Source: Lenisia limosa
Lineage: Eukaryota; Protista; Breviatea
Assembly: GCA_001655205.1 (NCBI GenBank)
Contig: LPNZ01005888.1
Span: 1 to 64,000 of the forward strand
Direction: 5' to 3'
Length of the DNA: 64,000 nucleotides
Under the pieces are notes generated by a model. It saw only the letters and a list, made by a program, of their open reading frames with translations. It did no database searches and had not been told where the DNA came from. The position numbers were made by a program, and so were the translations under genes. Numbering within the stretch: position 1 is the stretch's first letter; every line of letters starts with the position of its first letter. Shown piece by piece: positions 1 to 13,137 of the stretch.

Positions 1-130
1 CCCAAACGTACCTGTAAGGCTTTAAAAAAAGCAAGGGAAATGTTAAACAATTCGACTTATTCACGGTCACAACCCAACCATAACGCTTAGAGCCGTCCCA
101 AGCATACGACCCCTGAGGGGATCAAAGCTG
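1..130 (-). repeat. Unidentified interspersed repeat, copy 1 (runs off the window start)
   Basis: Reverse complement of 105-130 matches 39947-39972 at 25/26 nt. Reverse complement of 1-43 matches 40065-40105, with the last 20 nt identical (gccttacaggtacgtttggg). Confidence 0.85.
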
Positions 131-499
131 GATGAACAGAGCGCAGACCAGACCAGACTGCAGAAAAGAATCTCTACAGGTACGAACGATATGGTGTCAA
201 GCAAACTGTAACTACAACAAAAACCGGCTGGGTAACACAAAACATAACAAAACAAACACATACTGCAAACATAAAAATTAAAACAACAGCAAAAAACAAA
301 ACAAAGGGCACGGGGGGGGGGGAGGGGGNNNNNNNNNNNNNNNNNNNNNNNNNNNNNNNNNNNNNNNNNNNNNNNNNNNNNNNNNNNNNNNNNNNNNNNN
401 NNNNNNNNNNNNNNNNNNNNNNNNNNNNNNNNNNNNNNNNNNNNNNNNTATCTAAGAAAGAAAAAAGGATAAGTGACTCTACTGGAATAGAAAGTCTTT

Positions 500-1010
500 T
501 GGCTTCTCATTTGTTATTATAGAGAAATGAGAACAAAAAAGGAGTAACTGGCCGAAGCCATCTATTGAATAGGTACAGAACAAGATGTGCTTTTTTAATA
601 CTATAACAACGCCTACAAAGAGGCAATTCTGTAAATTGTGCGTGAGCAGCACCCATGGTTGGGTGAAGTATTGACGAGGTTGGAAGGCCAGCACCAGAAA
701 AATAAAAACTATAACGTGAATGACGTGAACATTTTCCTTACTCCCTCCCCCCTCTTACAGGCAAGGAGAGACATTCCTGCAACAAAGAACAACACACCGC
801 CTAAAGAAGCAAATCCCAAAATTCCACATGCGACACCCAGAATCATTGAGAAAATCAATCGCCTAAAACAGTTATCCTGAAGAACAATTATGGTTGTCAT
901 TCCACCACCCACGCAACATCAAGCGTTCTCATATTAATAGCAAGGCTTCCAGTGTCAACAAACATATTGTCAATGAACTGCTTTTGGGTGTCCGTGAGTA
1001 TCTCCTCCAT
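500..1010 (-). CDS. EMC6: ER membrane protein complex subunit 6, multi-exon; final exon uncertain, possibly in the gap at 329-448
   Basis: Spliced translation MEEILTDTQKQFIDN...ARLIFSMILGVACGILGFASLGGVLFF...LAFQPRQYFTQPWVLLTHNLQNCLF matches the EMC6 pattern (G..AGILG..G..GF.FY; short hydrophobic protein). Confidence 0.75.
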
Positions 1011-1369
1011 TTTGAAGAGATGAAAGAAAACAAGAAATCCGTTCTTTGAGAGGAGAAGGGCGTGTGCGAGGAAGAGACACGGAGGAGGAGGTACGACACA
1101 AAGAAGATCTTAAGTGCTGGTTACCTTTTTCTCCTTTTCTTCTCCTTTTGCCTTTTCTTGTCTTTTCTTCAGCTTTTCTTGGTTCTTACGTTCTTCTTTT
1201 TGCTCAAAAACAGCGCAGGTGTACTAGAGTGGGGTACTCGTTACCCTAGGATTTTTTAAATGTAGTGTCTTTTTTTTCGAACTCAGAGCAAACTAGTGGT
1301 AAATATAGTAGTGTGTGGACATATTGAGGAGAATAAATAGGAGCAGTAGATAGAGGTATTGAAGGAAAA

Positions 1370-2097
1370 ATGGATATTGTTGAAGCAGCGCGGTATGGGG
1401 AGAAGGAGGACCTTCTCAAGCTTATTGAGGAAGGGAAAGATGTCAACTCGACTGATGACAATGGTATGAGGAAATCCTCTCCCCTTACCACTCAGGTAAC
1501 ACCCCCCTCATGATGGCTTCTGCTAATGGACTCTTGGACCTCGTCATTATTTTACTCAAAAATAATGCAGACCTTAGCAAGAGCAATGTTTCTGAAAACA
1601 CTGCTCTTCACTGGGCATGTACAACACGACAGCATGAAGGTTTGTCATATTTCATATTTATCTTTTCTTACGTTGTTTTAGTTATTAAAGAACTCCTTTC
1701 CCACTGCACACTGGACCATATTGTTCTTGGTATGTTATTTTTTTTCGATGATATGTTAAAGCATTGATTAACTGCGTTGTTTTCGTGAATGTGTTCTTTT
1801 TCATGTCATTAGAAAACCAATTCAAACAAACTGCCTTTGACATTGCGGTGAACAATAACGACCCCGAGTCCTTTAAAATGATCAATGAGAGAATAGGTTT
1901 GTGGATCTCAATTTTGTACGTTTATGCAAGAGTTTTCTTTAATAAATTACAAAGAAAATGTGGGGCTAAAACGGATTGATATTCAAAACAATACTAGATA
2001 TACGCACTTTTTAAAAAATTGAACTAGTTTCTCATCTTTTCTTACTGAAGTAGAAGATATCAACAAAGCTGCTTTGGAGGCTGAGACAAATGAATAG
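1370..2097 (+). CDS. Small ankyrin-repeat protein, Yar1-like
   Basis: MDIVEAARYGEKEDLLKLIEEG..., TPLMMASANG, NTALHWA, ENQFKQTAFDIA, with an acidic tail ending EAETNE*; about 4 short GT-AG introns. Confidence 0.8.
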
Positions 2098-2359
2098 TTT
2101 GGTGATTAAAATGCAAAAGATATGTTCTATCTATCTGTCTTCAGTGATGTTGGACATAGATTACTTTTATTGCAATGAATCATCGTACTAAAAAGAAGGT
2201 GATGTACATATGATATAGTATATCATATATACTTTCAAATTAAATTGTGTTGATATGTACGGCTTGATATATTTACCGTTTCTACAAACATATTTTGATG
2301 CAATTCCCTCTTTCTCTGGTTTGGATAGCACCATAGTTTATCCAAATTGAAAGATATCT

Positions 2360-3216
2360 TTAGTTGAGACCTAAAGCATCTTTATGCATTTTGGACAGTA
2401 AATCCACTGGGGTGAAGCCCTGAACTGTGATCAATGAGACGTTCAAACCCTATTATTTTTGACATTTTTGTCTGCTCCCTGCTTTAAAAGGTATCGAATC
2501 ACGTCCCTAAATGCACACACGCATGCATGATGAAGTGGTGTGTTTCCCTAAATGAGTCTAAATGGGAAAATACTTGCTTATTTTTTGCTTCAAAGGATGC
2601 ACCTTGCGTTATAAGAAATTGAACCACTTCAAGCCTTCCATAAAAACAAGCGTCATGCATAGCAGTATCACCCTATTTGATAAAACAAAACGGATTGTTA
2701 CCTTTTCGTTTGAAACTGTCACACTTGCACCATGTTTCACTAAAACTTTCACCACTGAGACGTGATTATTCATAGCTGCCCAAATGAGAGGGGTATTTCC
2801 CTACAAGTATCATTGCATAGTTTTCAAAATACAACACTTCGCATGATTCAGTTACCTGAGGGTTGACTGCATGTACATTGGCTCCGTGTTCTATGTAAAT
2901 TTCGGCAACCTTTGCATGTCCATAAAAACCAGCCCAATGTAAAGGAGTACATTCCTGGTAACAATGTCAAACCAACATATTGGTCAAGGGCATGGATATC
3001 AGCACCTTCAGAAAGAAGCTTTTTTACTTCTTCTATTTTACCAGTACCTCCAGGTTTATGCAGGACATCTTTCTGAAAAATTATTTCATATCTCACACTT
3101 ATCAAATATTTATAAATCCTCCTCCTTGCCTTGACAGCATTTTTGATGTCTTCATGGCGTTTCTTTTCGCGTTCATATAAATCTCCAAACTCCTTAAAGA
3201 AGAGATTTTCGTCCAT
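2360..3216 (-). CDS. Ankyrin-repeat protein
   Basis: Exons give GNTPLIWAAMNNHVSVVKVLVKHGA, GDTAMHDACFYGRLEVVQFLITQGA, GNTPLHHAC and GFTPVDLL...GLN*. Confidence 0.9.
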
Positions 3217-4207
3217 TTGTCACTTACAAAACTGAAAGAAATCAGCACCTTTTCTCTCATATGAAGTGTAGAAAGAATTTTTCGTTAGAAAATGTAATGA
3301 CAATGGAAAATAATGATAAGTCAACGATTAAAAAGTTAATAAGGGCCAATAATATTAGATAACAATTGAGACACAAGAGTGGGTACTTTTTTCGTTAATT
3401 TGAATGAATGGAATTAAAATGACAACCTGAAACGAAAACTTTACTAATAACCTACATCCCTACATCAAATCAGGGTGGCTGGGTACAGATTGTAGTAAAA
3501 TGGTTGGTATAGGTAGTGAGTGTTCAATTTGACAGAAATGTTGAAATGGGGTTTTGATTCTTCACAACTTTGTGAATTGTTGTGTGAATAAGTTATTAAT
3601 GAATTAATGAATTGAATTAATGATTTAATTGACAACTGAAACAGCGATTTTTGCTAGAACCAGCCGATCACACCTTCGATCATGCAACCGGGGCATCCTG
3701 TACGTGTGTGGGCCCACCCCCTGGAAGTTGTTTTATCCGCTCAAAACCCATCCATCCATTTTCGCGCGTTGTATAGTTGTTGTGTAGTTGTATATTGTTT
3801 TGCAGATTGTTTGCCGCACGTTTGCTTCTGGTTTTCTTTCTTACTGCTCGGGTTTTTTCAAAATCCCCCTATTGGGTTCCTTGCCTTGTTTCTGACTTGT
3901 TCGCTCCTGACGTTGTTTATTTGGAGTAATATAGTATTGTTTAATAGATTGTAGTTGTATTTCATCGAAGTATTGAAGGTGTATTGTAGTATTGAGAAGT
4001 CGAAGAAATACGATTAGCTCACATTGAGCGAGTGAGTTAGTTCCCTGACGCCTCTCTTCTTCGCTCCTACTTGTCTTTTTTCATTTTAAAAAACAATTTC
4101 GGTAGGCATTCATTCGCACTCCTTTGACACTAACACTCAGGCCCTTACTCGGCTTTACACTTTTTTCCAAAGTGGCCGCTTGGCCTCATTGGCGAGGCCG
4201 GTACTTA

Positions 4208-5057
4208 ATGCAGCCGGGGACTATGTCGGCAAAACACCATCTCCTGGATCACCAGTTGTAAGACTATGTCAACCGTGGGTTGGGGCCTTGCTTACCAGCT
4301 CTTCCCTCATTAATGTAGAACAAAGTTTCCCCTCCTCCCTCCTCCCGCGCCACGTGGTATGGATTTGACTCCATTTCCAGAAGGGCCAACACCAGTCACT
4401 TTGGTTGGTGGAGTTCTGACTTTCTTGATTGACAATGTTAGGAAGGAGAAGACGCAATTCATATCACGCGTATTTTCCCTGAGGATGGCGAGACCTACTT
4501 CCAGGTGAGGTTATTGAAGGTCTTCATGTTTATTCCTTAGGACCTCCTTGTGCCAATGACTTCTGGTGGAACTATTGGGTCTCTTTCCTCCCTACTTCCT
4601 TGCAAAGGCCTGATATTCCGTGAAACACCCTCCACTTACGACTTCAAATGGTGAGAGCGAGGTGCTTAAAGATCCCATTATGGACAATATTTTTCAAGCT
4701 AACATGAAAGGCACGTGGCACCAAGACGGCAATTTGTGGTCAATTTAAGCGCCCCCGTTGATATTGAGGTGTGCATCTTAATTAAATATTGATGAATTGA
4801 ACTGGGAAAGGAACTGAGCCTCTAGGTCTGCAGTGGGGAACGTCGAATTCTCCCAACGGGGACAGTTTTCCTTCTCGGTAAGTAATGAATGATAGAGTTT
4901 TAGGATAGCTAACCATCGTCATGTGAGTTTTTAAGATGAATGGGGTTTGAAATAACACAACTTTTTAGATGATACAGTTGGCAAAGGGCATCAATCAAGA
5001 AGCGTCAACGGGTTGTCCCGGCTTTCTCTCTTTATTGCAGTTCCAGATGAGTTTTGA
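4208..5057 (+). CDS. Cupin-domain protein of bacterial type; start uncertain, 5' exons may extend to about 3682
   Basis: Spliced: ...HITRIFPEDGETYFQDLLVPM...GLIFRETPSTYDFKWHVAPRRQFVVNLSAPVDIEVCSGERRILPTGTVFLLDDTVGKGHQSRSV...SLFIAVPDEF*. WH.AP.RQ and D..GKGH.S are cupin motifs 1 and 2. Confidence 0.8.
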
Positions 5058-5252
5058 TCTGACTATATATTCTGATTTCACATTTAAAATGATTTCACAT
5101 ATCATAATATATATAATACTATAGTGTATCCGTATATCACATGGTGTTCTAGCTATATACAAGTATAATATAGTACATAGTATATGATCATATATTCATT
5201 TGTATATAAATAACCTTACAAACCATAAATCATTCACCATAAACATACACAT

Positions 5253-6701
5253 TCAATTAGTCCATATTGGTGTGACATTAAGGTTCATTCCATAATAATG
5301 CCCTAAAGAAAATAAGGTAAATACTTCACCCACGCTTGAACAGTTGCACTATCTTCATTGTCCAGTCGTTTTTTGATTAACTCAGTGTCCTGATAAATGA
5401 GTATGGTATGAGAAAAATCACCAAGCATATTGTATATATATCACGGGTCACCTTAGAGGAAGAAATATTGTCCAATGAACTGTAAATCCTCATCTTGCGC
5501 TCCTGAAAAGATCACAACAGTAGAAATAAGAATATCGTTCTTAATTACTATATTGGTCATACGCATACAGAAACACTTGAAGTGTTCATTTGGTACTTGA
5601 GGAGTATCTTGGCGAAATGGAAAAAAGTGAGGTCTGGCCAGTTGACAGTTTGAAAACTGACTTGAGCCAGCGAAACTTCAGAACTTAAGAAGTCGGATAA
5701 TCTTATTTCACCAGAAGTTCGAACTACCAAATCAACAGGAGATGTCATGAAGAAATGGCTTAAACCTTGATAACTGGAGCATTAATTATGTTTAAACCCC
5801 ACTCTTTGGGCAACTGTCCAGCACAAGCTCTTGATAGGGCGAGTTGCATGTCATCATGTCCACTGTATGGCGAACAAAAATTGACCTTTAATCTAAATAA
5901 TTATGAAGAGCAGTGGTGGCATCTTAAAAGTGGCATCATCCAGGTCTTACTTCTTATTATGTTTTGTCACCTCCATGCTTTCAGCAATGCATTGCTGCAG
6001 CCGACAAGGTACTCGTGAAAGATCTCCTAGTACTTTTATCCGAGCTCCAATCTCATTCAGCACACCACTAAACAATGAATAGGAGGATTCTAACACAAAC
6101 AAACCCTTTCCTAATAGCATGCATAATTTCTTTTTCAAAGAGACTCATCAAGTATTCCACTTCCTCCTTTGGCCGTTGAAAGTTGTCAATTGAGAAGGCA
6201 AAAACCGTCACACTTTTCACCCCACTATCAAGGCACCATTGAAGAGTCTAAGTTTTATGAGGAGGGAATTGCACTAAGCGCATTCAAAGAGCTTGGAAAG
6301 GAGTGAATTTTGAGATCTAATAAGATGAACAAAACGATTTCCAGCTTTCATAAAGCTGATTATTGCTTTTCATTGTAAATGTGGCTCTCATCAATCAAAC
6401 CTCTTTAAGTTTCATGAAGCCGGAAAAGTGACCTTCTTGAGATTCACATTTCTTTGTTTTTGCCCACCTAATGCATAAACCAGGCCTCCTCCAAACCTTC
6501 TATTGCCATCCATGATGAAACAGACATGTTTGGGAATAGGGCCGCATCTAAAGTTGTCATCGAAACAATATCCCCAAACTTGAGGACTGCGGTGACATGT
6601 TTAATTGCCCAGTTCCATCTGAAATAGGATCCAACAGCAGTTGCAATCCCAAACAAAGAAAGTAACAATGGAACCAAAGAAAAAACAACAAGAAGCAACA
6701 T
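5253..6701 (-). CDS. Hypothetical protein with N-terminal hydrophobic signal or anchor
   Basis: MLLLVVFSLVPLLLSLFGIATAVGSYFRWNW... followed by several open exon-like segments bounded by GT/AG; no family recognised. Confidence 0.5.
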
Positions 6702-6989
6702 GATTCCTTCTTCCTTGTACCTTCTTCTCTTCCAGTCTTCTTTTCTTCTTCTCTCTTTTCTTTTCTTCTTTTCTCTTTTTCTCTTTTTCTCTTTTTCTCA
6801 ATATTTAATATCAATATGGTGAAAATGGGGGCGCGAAAAGACCACCCTCCTCCCGGCCCGGAGATGGAGAATCAGTCACATGCACCTGATCCCCCAGAGG
6901 CCTGCTGTCAGGTGCCTGCCTGCCATCAGCGCCAGATCAGCGCCAGCAGCCAGCAGCCAGCCAGCCAGAGAAGGAGGAGGGAGGGGGGG

Positions 6990-7060
6990 GGCTCGTTCCA
7001 GACTAAGATCTGACAAGATCTCAAGATCTGGTAATAATTTTAAAAGATCTGAAGATCTGA
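6990..7060. promoter_or_regulatory. Cluster of five AGATCT palindromes in a divergent intergenic region
   Basis: AGATCT at 7006, 7016, 7024, 7045 and 7053, next to a G-run (about 6983-6991) and a CT-rich tract (about 6705-6800). Confidence 0.45.
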
Positions 7061-7289
7061 CCTTTTGGGCCCTCTGCCACTTTCCCAGCACCCAACCCCT
7101 TCCCACCCACACACACGCATTATAAAGAAAGAACAATAATATAACAAAGAAAAACGCTGGAAAAACGAAAGANNNNNNNNNNNNNNNNNNNNNNNNNNNN
7201 NNNNNNNNNNNNNNNNNNNNNNNNNNNNNNNNNNNNNNNNNNNNNNNNNNNNNNNNNNNNNNNNNNNNNNNNNNNNNNNNNNNNNNNNN

Positions 7290-10200
7290 GCAAACTTCGA
7301 AGAGGGAGTGATGCTTTGAACTCTTCACGGAGTATTGGTGAAGATCTGTAGGCTCCTTTGAAATTGACCTTCTAGACCCTTCTCTCACCCCGTGATCTTC
7401 TATATTGGTCTCTCCATCACAAACTCTATTGAAGATAATGAGTGTGTGGGTGCAGCCACTACCCCAGTCCAAACTAGTCGAACACCGTCACGAAGCGCCC
7501 AAGGTTTGGACGGGCTGCAAGGAGTTAACGGTTTAGCAAAAGAAGCCAAAGAAGGCCCGGAGCCAGTTTTTGTGACATATGACTTTCCAGGAACCAACGA
7601 TTTGTTCAGGGTTGGATGGGAACTTGATGATATCAAATTATTAGAAAAAAAAACAGTGACTGGACTAACCCGAACAGACTGATGCTGTGGATGGAGAAAT
7701 TTCCTCAATACACTCCCATTCCATGAGCGTTGACGAGGTTTGGCTTTATGTGTCAGGTTGTAATTATCAGGATACTGCAATTTCGATCTTCAAGAAAACA
7801 GATATTTCTATTTCCCTCTGCAACGCTGGAAACCGTTACACCGCGAAACAAGGTGAGGCTTTCCTCTGTAATCCTCAGGCGGAGTTCGCAAGGATCCAAA
7901 AAGAGACATGGAGGTGGAGGAAGTGTCTTCAGCAAATGCCTTAGCCACAGCTTTAGACCTTTCAAACGTGGCTGCGCAGAGTGAGAAATAACGTCTTGAT
8001 TCTCATCATCTTAGACCCCATCAAGATTGGCATGAAAGAAGCGTCAGACGCTTCTGCTCTTGGTCACTCCACTTTGAGCCTTGCACCTCTTTTTGCCCAT
8101 CCTAATGTTTCCCCAACCACCACCATTGTTGCAAGGTTTGAGAAAGTGGATTTCTCATTTTCAGATTTGTTTCTGTGCAGACCGACGCTTCTGATGTTTT
8201 GAATGTGTCAACAAACGCCCCTACTCTTGATGAGGCTGAAACGTTTTTCCCGACCTTGAGGAAGCCAGCCCCGCCCGTCTTCTATATGCCGGATGTTCCT
8301 GTTGCTGATCTTCCATATGGTTATGTTGTCACTGCAGTGGTCAGGCTCTCTACTGCTCTACTGCCTCCGCCACTTGCCAAATCTCTCAACCCAATGACCC
8401 TGGAACTAACAGGTGTTGACTTCTTACCCCCAGGTATTCTAGAGAGAAGCAAAACTACATACTATAGTATATATCATATACTATACTATATGATATAGTA
8501 TATATATATATATGTATGATATAATATAATGCACTGCTAATATATCACGATATAGTTTTTGACTTTTTTTTAGATAGCCATACTCAAACATTTGAAGCTC
8601 TAAGCTTGGACTTTAAGCCAGTTTATACACAGTGTAATATTTGGACAGATTATGGTGAGTTAGGCATTAAATGCTGGGGAGGCCACCATTATATGCAGAA
8701 AGCGCACGTGGCTCTACATGTTAACTTTGTAGTGTTTGTACCTCGAGATGTTTCTGATTCACGGACACTTCCGTCTGTGGCTACATCAGACTCTCTTCAA
8801 CCATCAAGATCATCCACGCGTCCTTGCTCGGTAAGGACATTCAGCCTCACCATTCAGCCTGAGAAGCCGTTCGATGCAACATCCACTGCCAAATCCCCAC
8901 AGCAAGGAAGAAGATCAGTAGGCTGGAATTGTTTTTTTGTCAATTTCTATTTGCCTGGGAAACCGCATGCAGTTGTATAGTATCAGCATTTGGATAACCC
9001 AATCTTACTTTTTGCTTCTTCTTTATCGTGGATTTATCAAGAATATTTTATTTTTTGGGACTGTAGAGAAGTCCAAAATGGAACTACTTGGTGGTTTCGA
9101 CTGCTAAAAAGCTCCTTTTTGTAAATTCACAAACCGAACAGAGGGCATCACGAACAACGTTACCGGCACAGGCAGACACTGTCATCACTGACAGCCAAAG
9201 ATTTGAAAAAGATGTTGATACGTTCTCAAGCCCTGCTCAAAAGCACTCCAAGAACATCAGGTTTTATCAGCAAATCGTGGTTTTGGCAGGCAAGTAAGGA
9301 GGGACTGAATCTGAAGAATTATGGTTTGATTAATTGTATAGATACCGCGATCCAAATCGTCTTTTACGATTCCTCCAAACCAATAAAATCAAGTTTGAGG
9401 TCCATGATCGCGACCGATTGCCGCTGTCTTCGAGGCCTATCAGTACCCTCAGGTTTGTCGTGTTGAGGGTTTGATTGTCTAGCCGCCTTGCGTTGTTAAA
9501 GCCGGAGCCGACTGCTGACAAATCCGAGCCAGTAACTCCTTTGGCAAAGGTTTGTCAGAAATCAGAGTATTGATCTTCAGGATAAAAAGAAGCCTCTGAA
9601 GCCTCAGCAACGCCGAAAGAAGGAAAAGGAACAAAGAGAAAAGGAAAAGATACAAAAGGAGGAAGAAGAAGCAGGTATTTATCCAAGTGTTTTGATCTTG
9701 TAGCCAAAAGACTGGACCCCACAGCGGATCTGTTTCAGCTTTCTCAAGAAGGAGTTGGATGGGACCCCCACGGAATTGCCTCAATATGTGGGACGTGGTT
9801 TCAAGGTTTTGAATTTGGTACTTTTTTTTTTCAAAAATGAATAAAAAATGAATGATGTGTTTTGGGGTGATATTTTAGCACTTGCACCTCTTGCCCAGGG
9901 TCAAACCAATGTAAAATCAACAGCAATGGTGATTCCTGCCAGACCCCCTGACTTATCTGGTTAGCTAATTTATCATTGATCTCATTTTGTCATTAACATA
10001 TTGTAACTTAGCAGACGATGGAGGAAGGGCGACATCTGTTTCTTATGTTGCCCACAACACAATGGTTTGCCCTCTGTCCTTGAGCTTATTATTAGGTCCG
10101 AGCCAAAGCAAGTATTGCCTATGCACTCAGCAGTGGCACGTCTGCTTCACTGGTGGGTTTCATTCCACCTAATTATAGTAATACAGGGGCAAATTTTTTG

Positions 10201-12474
10201 GGCCTTTCAAACTTGATTTGTCAGTTGTAGGTTTTTTTAAGAGTCCTGTATTTTTAGTGTTTCCACGCTTTCATTGTATTCACCGTCATAGTCCTTGCGT
10301 CAAGGAGAAACTGTCTCAATCAGTGGGGACTTCTCAAGAGTGGTTATCTTTACTAAGTTTGTTTCCTTTTGTATTTCACCCTTAGTGCAAATTTGACATG
10401 CTATGAGTGGTTGAAGTCTTTCCACGATTCTATTGACACTATCAATGCACAGACCCTTGAGATATCCTCAGGTGTGTTTTGACTTGTTGTTTTGTCTTTG
10501 AATATGATAATAACCGGGTTTAGATGCGGAGTTTGACAGGAAGGCTGCTCTTGCTACTGCTGTCATCTCCAATGTAAGCCTTTTAAACCCAAAATTGTGA
10601 AAATTTAAGGTGAACCTATCATCTCCTTTCTTCCGCCTTGTGACAGGTTGTGAATTAGCCCAAGGCAGTTATGGGCCAAGAGTAGGGTATTATTCGTGTT
10701 TATTTTGTAGACACTGCTGCTTGAGGGTCCTTGTTCGCTGATGGAAGAGCTTATGGCTTCGGTAGGAAGGAGTTTTACACTTGTGTGTATTGCTATTGAT
10801 TGTGTTTTTAATGATTTAGTTCAAAATTCCTGATGGAATATCAGTACTCCACAACAAACTCATTAAGTTTACCGAGAGGATATATGGCAGTAAGCAACCT
10901 GTTATCTATGAAATAATCCTGGATGCTAATATTGTCATTGATTACTGTTTTAGATTTTGGAGCTGAATTGAGAAAGATCACTTTAACAACTTCTATTAAA
11001 GTATGGACAGCCAAATAGTAATCATAACCTCTCACCACTAGTCCATGTCCACTGATCCTTCACTCTACTGCCGCAGTGGCGCCCTAGTTGACTCCTATAA
11101 TGCTGTAACAAAACTCGTTGCTGTATGTCGGGCTACTATCTTCGTTACCTTTTTTTTATTTTTAAGCTTCAACAGCAAACTCTTCTTAGAGACATTGACC
11201 GCATGGGGCTGTTTTTAAATCAAGGTTGGTCAGCTTTTAGCTCATCCTTGTAGTTGAGGTTGTGACACTGTTCAAGCGGTTTGGCTCCGATTCAACGCGC
11301 GACGAAGTCGATAGAGCTATTCAGTATTTCTCCAAGTAAGTTGTGATATTCTTAACTCTTTCAGAGCAGCAACACCATCACCCACATCTCCACTAAAGAA
11401 AATCGCTTCAAGGTTTGCTCTGCCTTTGGTTATGACTTTCAGGTCCACAACCGCATCTCCAGCGCTTCAAGTCACAACTCCTGCCGCCCCTCTGACAAGT
11501 CCAAAGGTGAAGCAATTTTTTTGTTGATTATCCAGACTGTTCCTGCTTTAAAGCTTCGCCAGACCATCCCGCGCACAAACACCCCATTCCAGACCGCCAA
11601 AAACAACAGAGAAACTCCTGACTTCATTGCAAAGAATAGGTCCCATTATCCAACAGTATGCACCACACTTTTCTTTTGACGCCGCAGGAGCCAAATACTC
11701 AGTCCCCTCCGCGGGACCGCAATATCGATTCGCGTTTCGCAGGAGTTGATGGTTTGTGACTTGTGTCTGGCTTACCCTCTCAGGTGAAGTGTACATTTAC
11801 TCGGGTCAAGATCAAGAGTATTCTAAGCTTCAAAAAGAGCATTATGTTGCAACTGTGGTTGGTTGCTGTCGTTTCTAACTCTTAGAACCCAACGCACAAC
11901 ATCACTATTGCTGGCCGCACAGTTTATGACAGACAGTCTCCAAGGGTGCTTCCCAAAATTGATGACCGCCGTGGGTTTAAGCACAATTCACGATAATGGG
12001 GTATGTTGTTTCACCCACTAGGACCGTTCCAAAACCAGCCACACCACACAGCACGTGAGGATATCCGTCATCCCTTAGCGCCTTCAGCTGCCAGAAAGGA
12101 AGGTAGGCAAGTGCCTTGCACTCTCCTCACTCCACAGAGCTTCAAACCCCATTTGTTGGAAGCAGCACCAAGCTCAGCAGGACGGCGGGAGCGGCCAAAG
12201 TTGAGTTCAAGGATGGCGGGCAGGTTAGTGATATTAAGTCCTGTTCATTGCCTAGTCAACCTTTGGCAAACAGTTTATGAACACGCGAAAGACTCCTTCT
12301 CCTGCACCTTTCGGCCGTGACACGCCCTTGGAAACTCGAATGGTGGGTGACTGTTTTTGAATAAGTGTTCTCCATGTCAACTCTATGTTGACGTCACAGA
12401 AGCGGCAAGTACAGTATGACAAGGATGAATGGCAGCGCCGAATTGTCGTTAAGGATACTGCTTTTCATATTTAA
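7290..12474 (+). CDS. Large multi-exon protein resembling cilia- and flagella-associated protein 92 (KIAA1257 family); start lies in or near the gap at 7173-7289
   Basis: Segments LNPMTLELTGVDFLP, KPVYTQCNIW, LAPLAQGQTNV, INAQTLEI, LVTGCEL..TLLLEGP, LHNKLIKFTERIYG and EWQRRIVVKDTAFHI* occur in the order I recall for CFAP92 conserved blocks; not confirmed by search. Confidence 0.5.
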
Positions 12475-13137
12475 GGTATATTTAGTTTCTGTTTCTTGAA
12501 TTCTGTGACTGAAGGTAAAAAAAATGTGGGATAAAAGTAACACGGGCTGGATTTAGCCGTACGCTGGCCGTACATACTCCTCCTGGGTGGACAAACAAAA
12601 CCACAAAACAGTGCAAAACAGCCACAACAAATTGCTTTCCGAAGCACCATCACCCGGGTTGGTTAAGGTAGTCTCTTCACGGTTCAAGAGTGTCGGGGGG
12701 GGGGGGGGNNNNNNNNNNNNNNNNNNNNNNNNNNNNNNNNNNNNNNNNNNNNNNNNNNNNNNNNNNNNNNNNNNNNNNNNNNNNNNNNNNNNNNNNNNNN
12801 NNNNNNNNNNNNGTTCCCCAGTTCCCCACTCTTCCCAGAAAAGTCAGAATGTGATCCAGTGTGATCTGGGAAGTGTGTTGTGAACTGCTTTTCCGCTTTT
12901 TCGCTTTCTTCCTCTTTCTCTTCTTCTCTTCATCAAGACAACTTTGTGAGGCTCTCTTCTTTGAGGCTTTGAGGCTTTGAGCTCAAGTCTTCTCTTTCGC
13001 TCTTTCTTTCCTTCCGTCAGAAAACATACCAACTTAGAGACCAGAAAGGACTGTTAAAACTGCTCCTCAGATTGACTCTCATTTCAGAAACATTCATTAA
13101 CGGCCACATTTAGGCTTTGGAAAAAGATATCATTGCC

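Noticed and set aside
5-15. ACGTACCTG resembling the U1 snRNA 5' end
   Set aside because: The rest has no U1 stem-loops or Sm site; it is simply the complement of a splice donor.
62-90. ACGGTCACAACCCAACCATAACGC resembling the 5' end of 5S rRNA
   Set aside because: The similarity does not continue; no internal A/C boxes and no 5S 3' half.
505-534. 9-bp inverted repeat TTCTCATTT/AAATGAGAA
   Set aside because: Short and AT-rich; within chance expectation for 64 kb.
3596-3632. AATGAATT-like short repeats in a divergent spacer
   Set aside because: Low-complexity AT sequence seen only once; no support for a function.
4170-4260. GC-rich hairpin-like stretch suggesting an ncRNA
   Set aside because: It lies in the 5' exon region of the cupin gene, with no recognisable RNA family motif.
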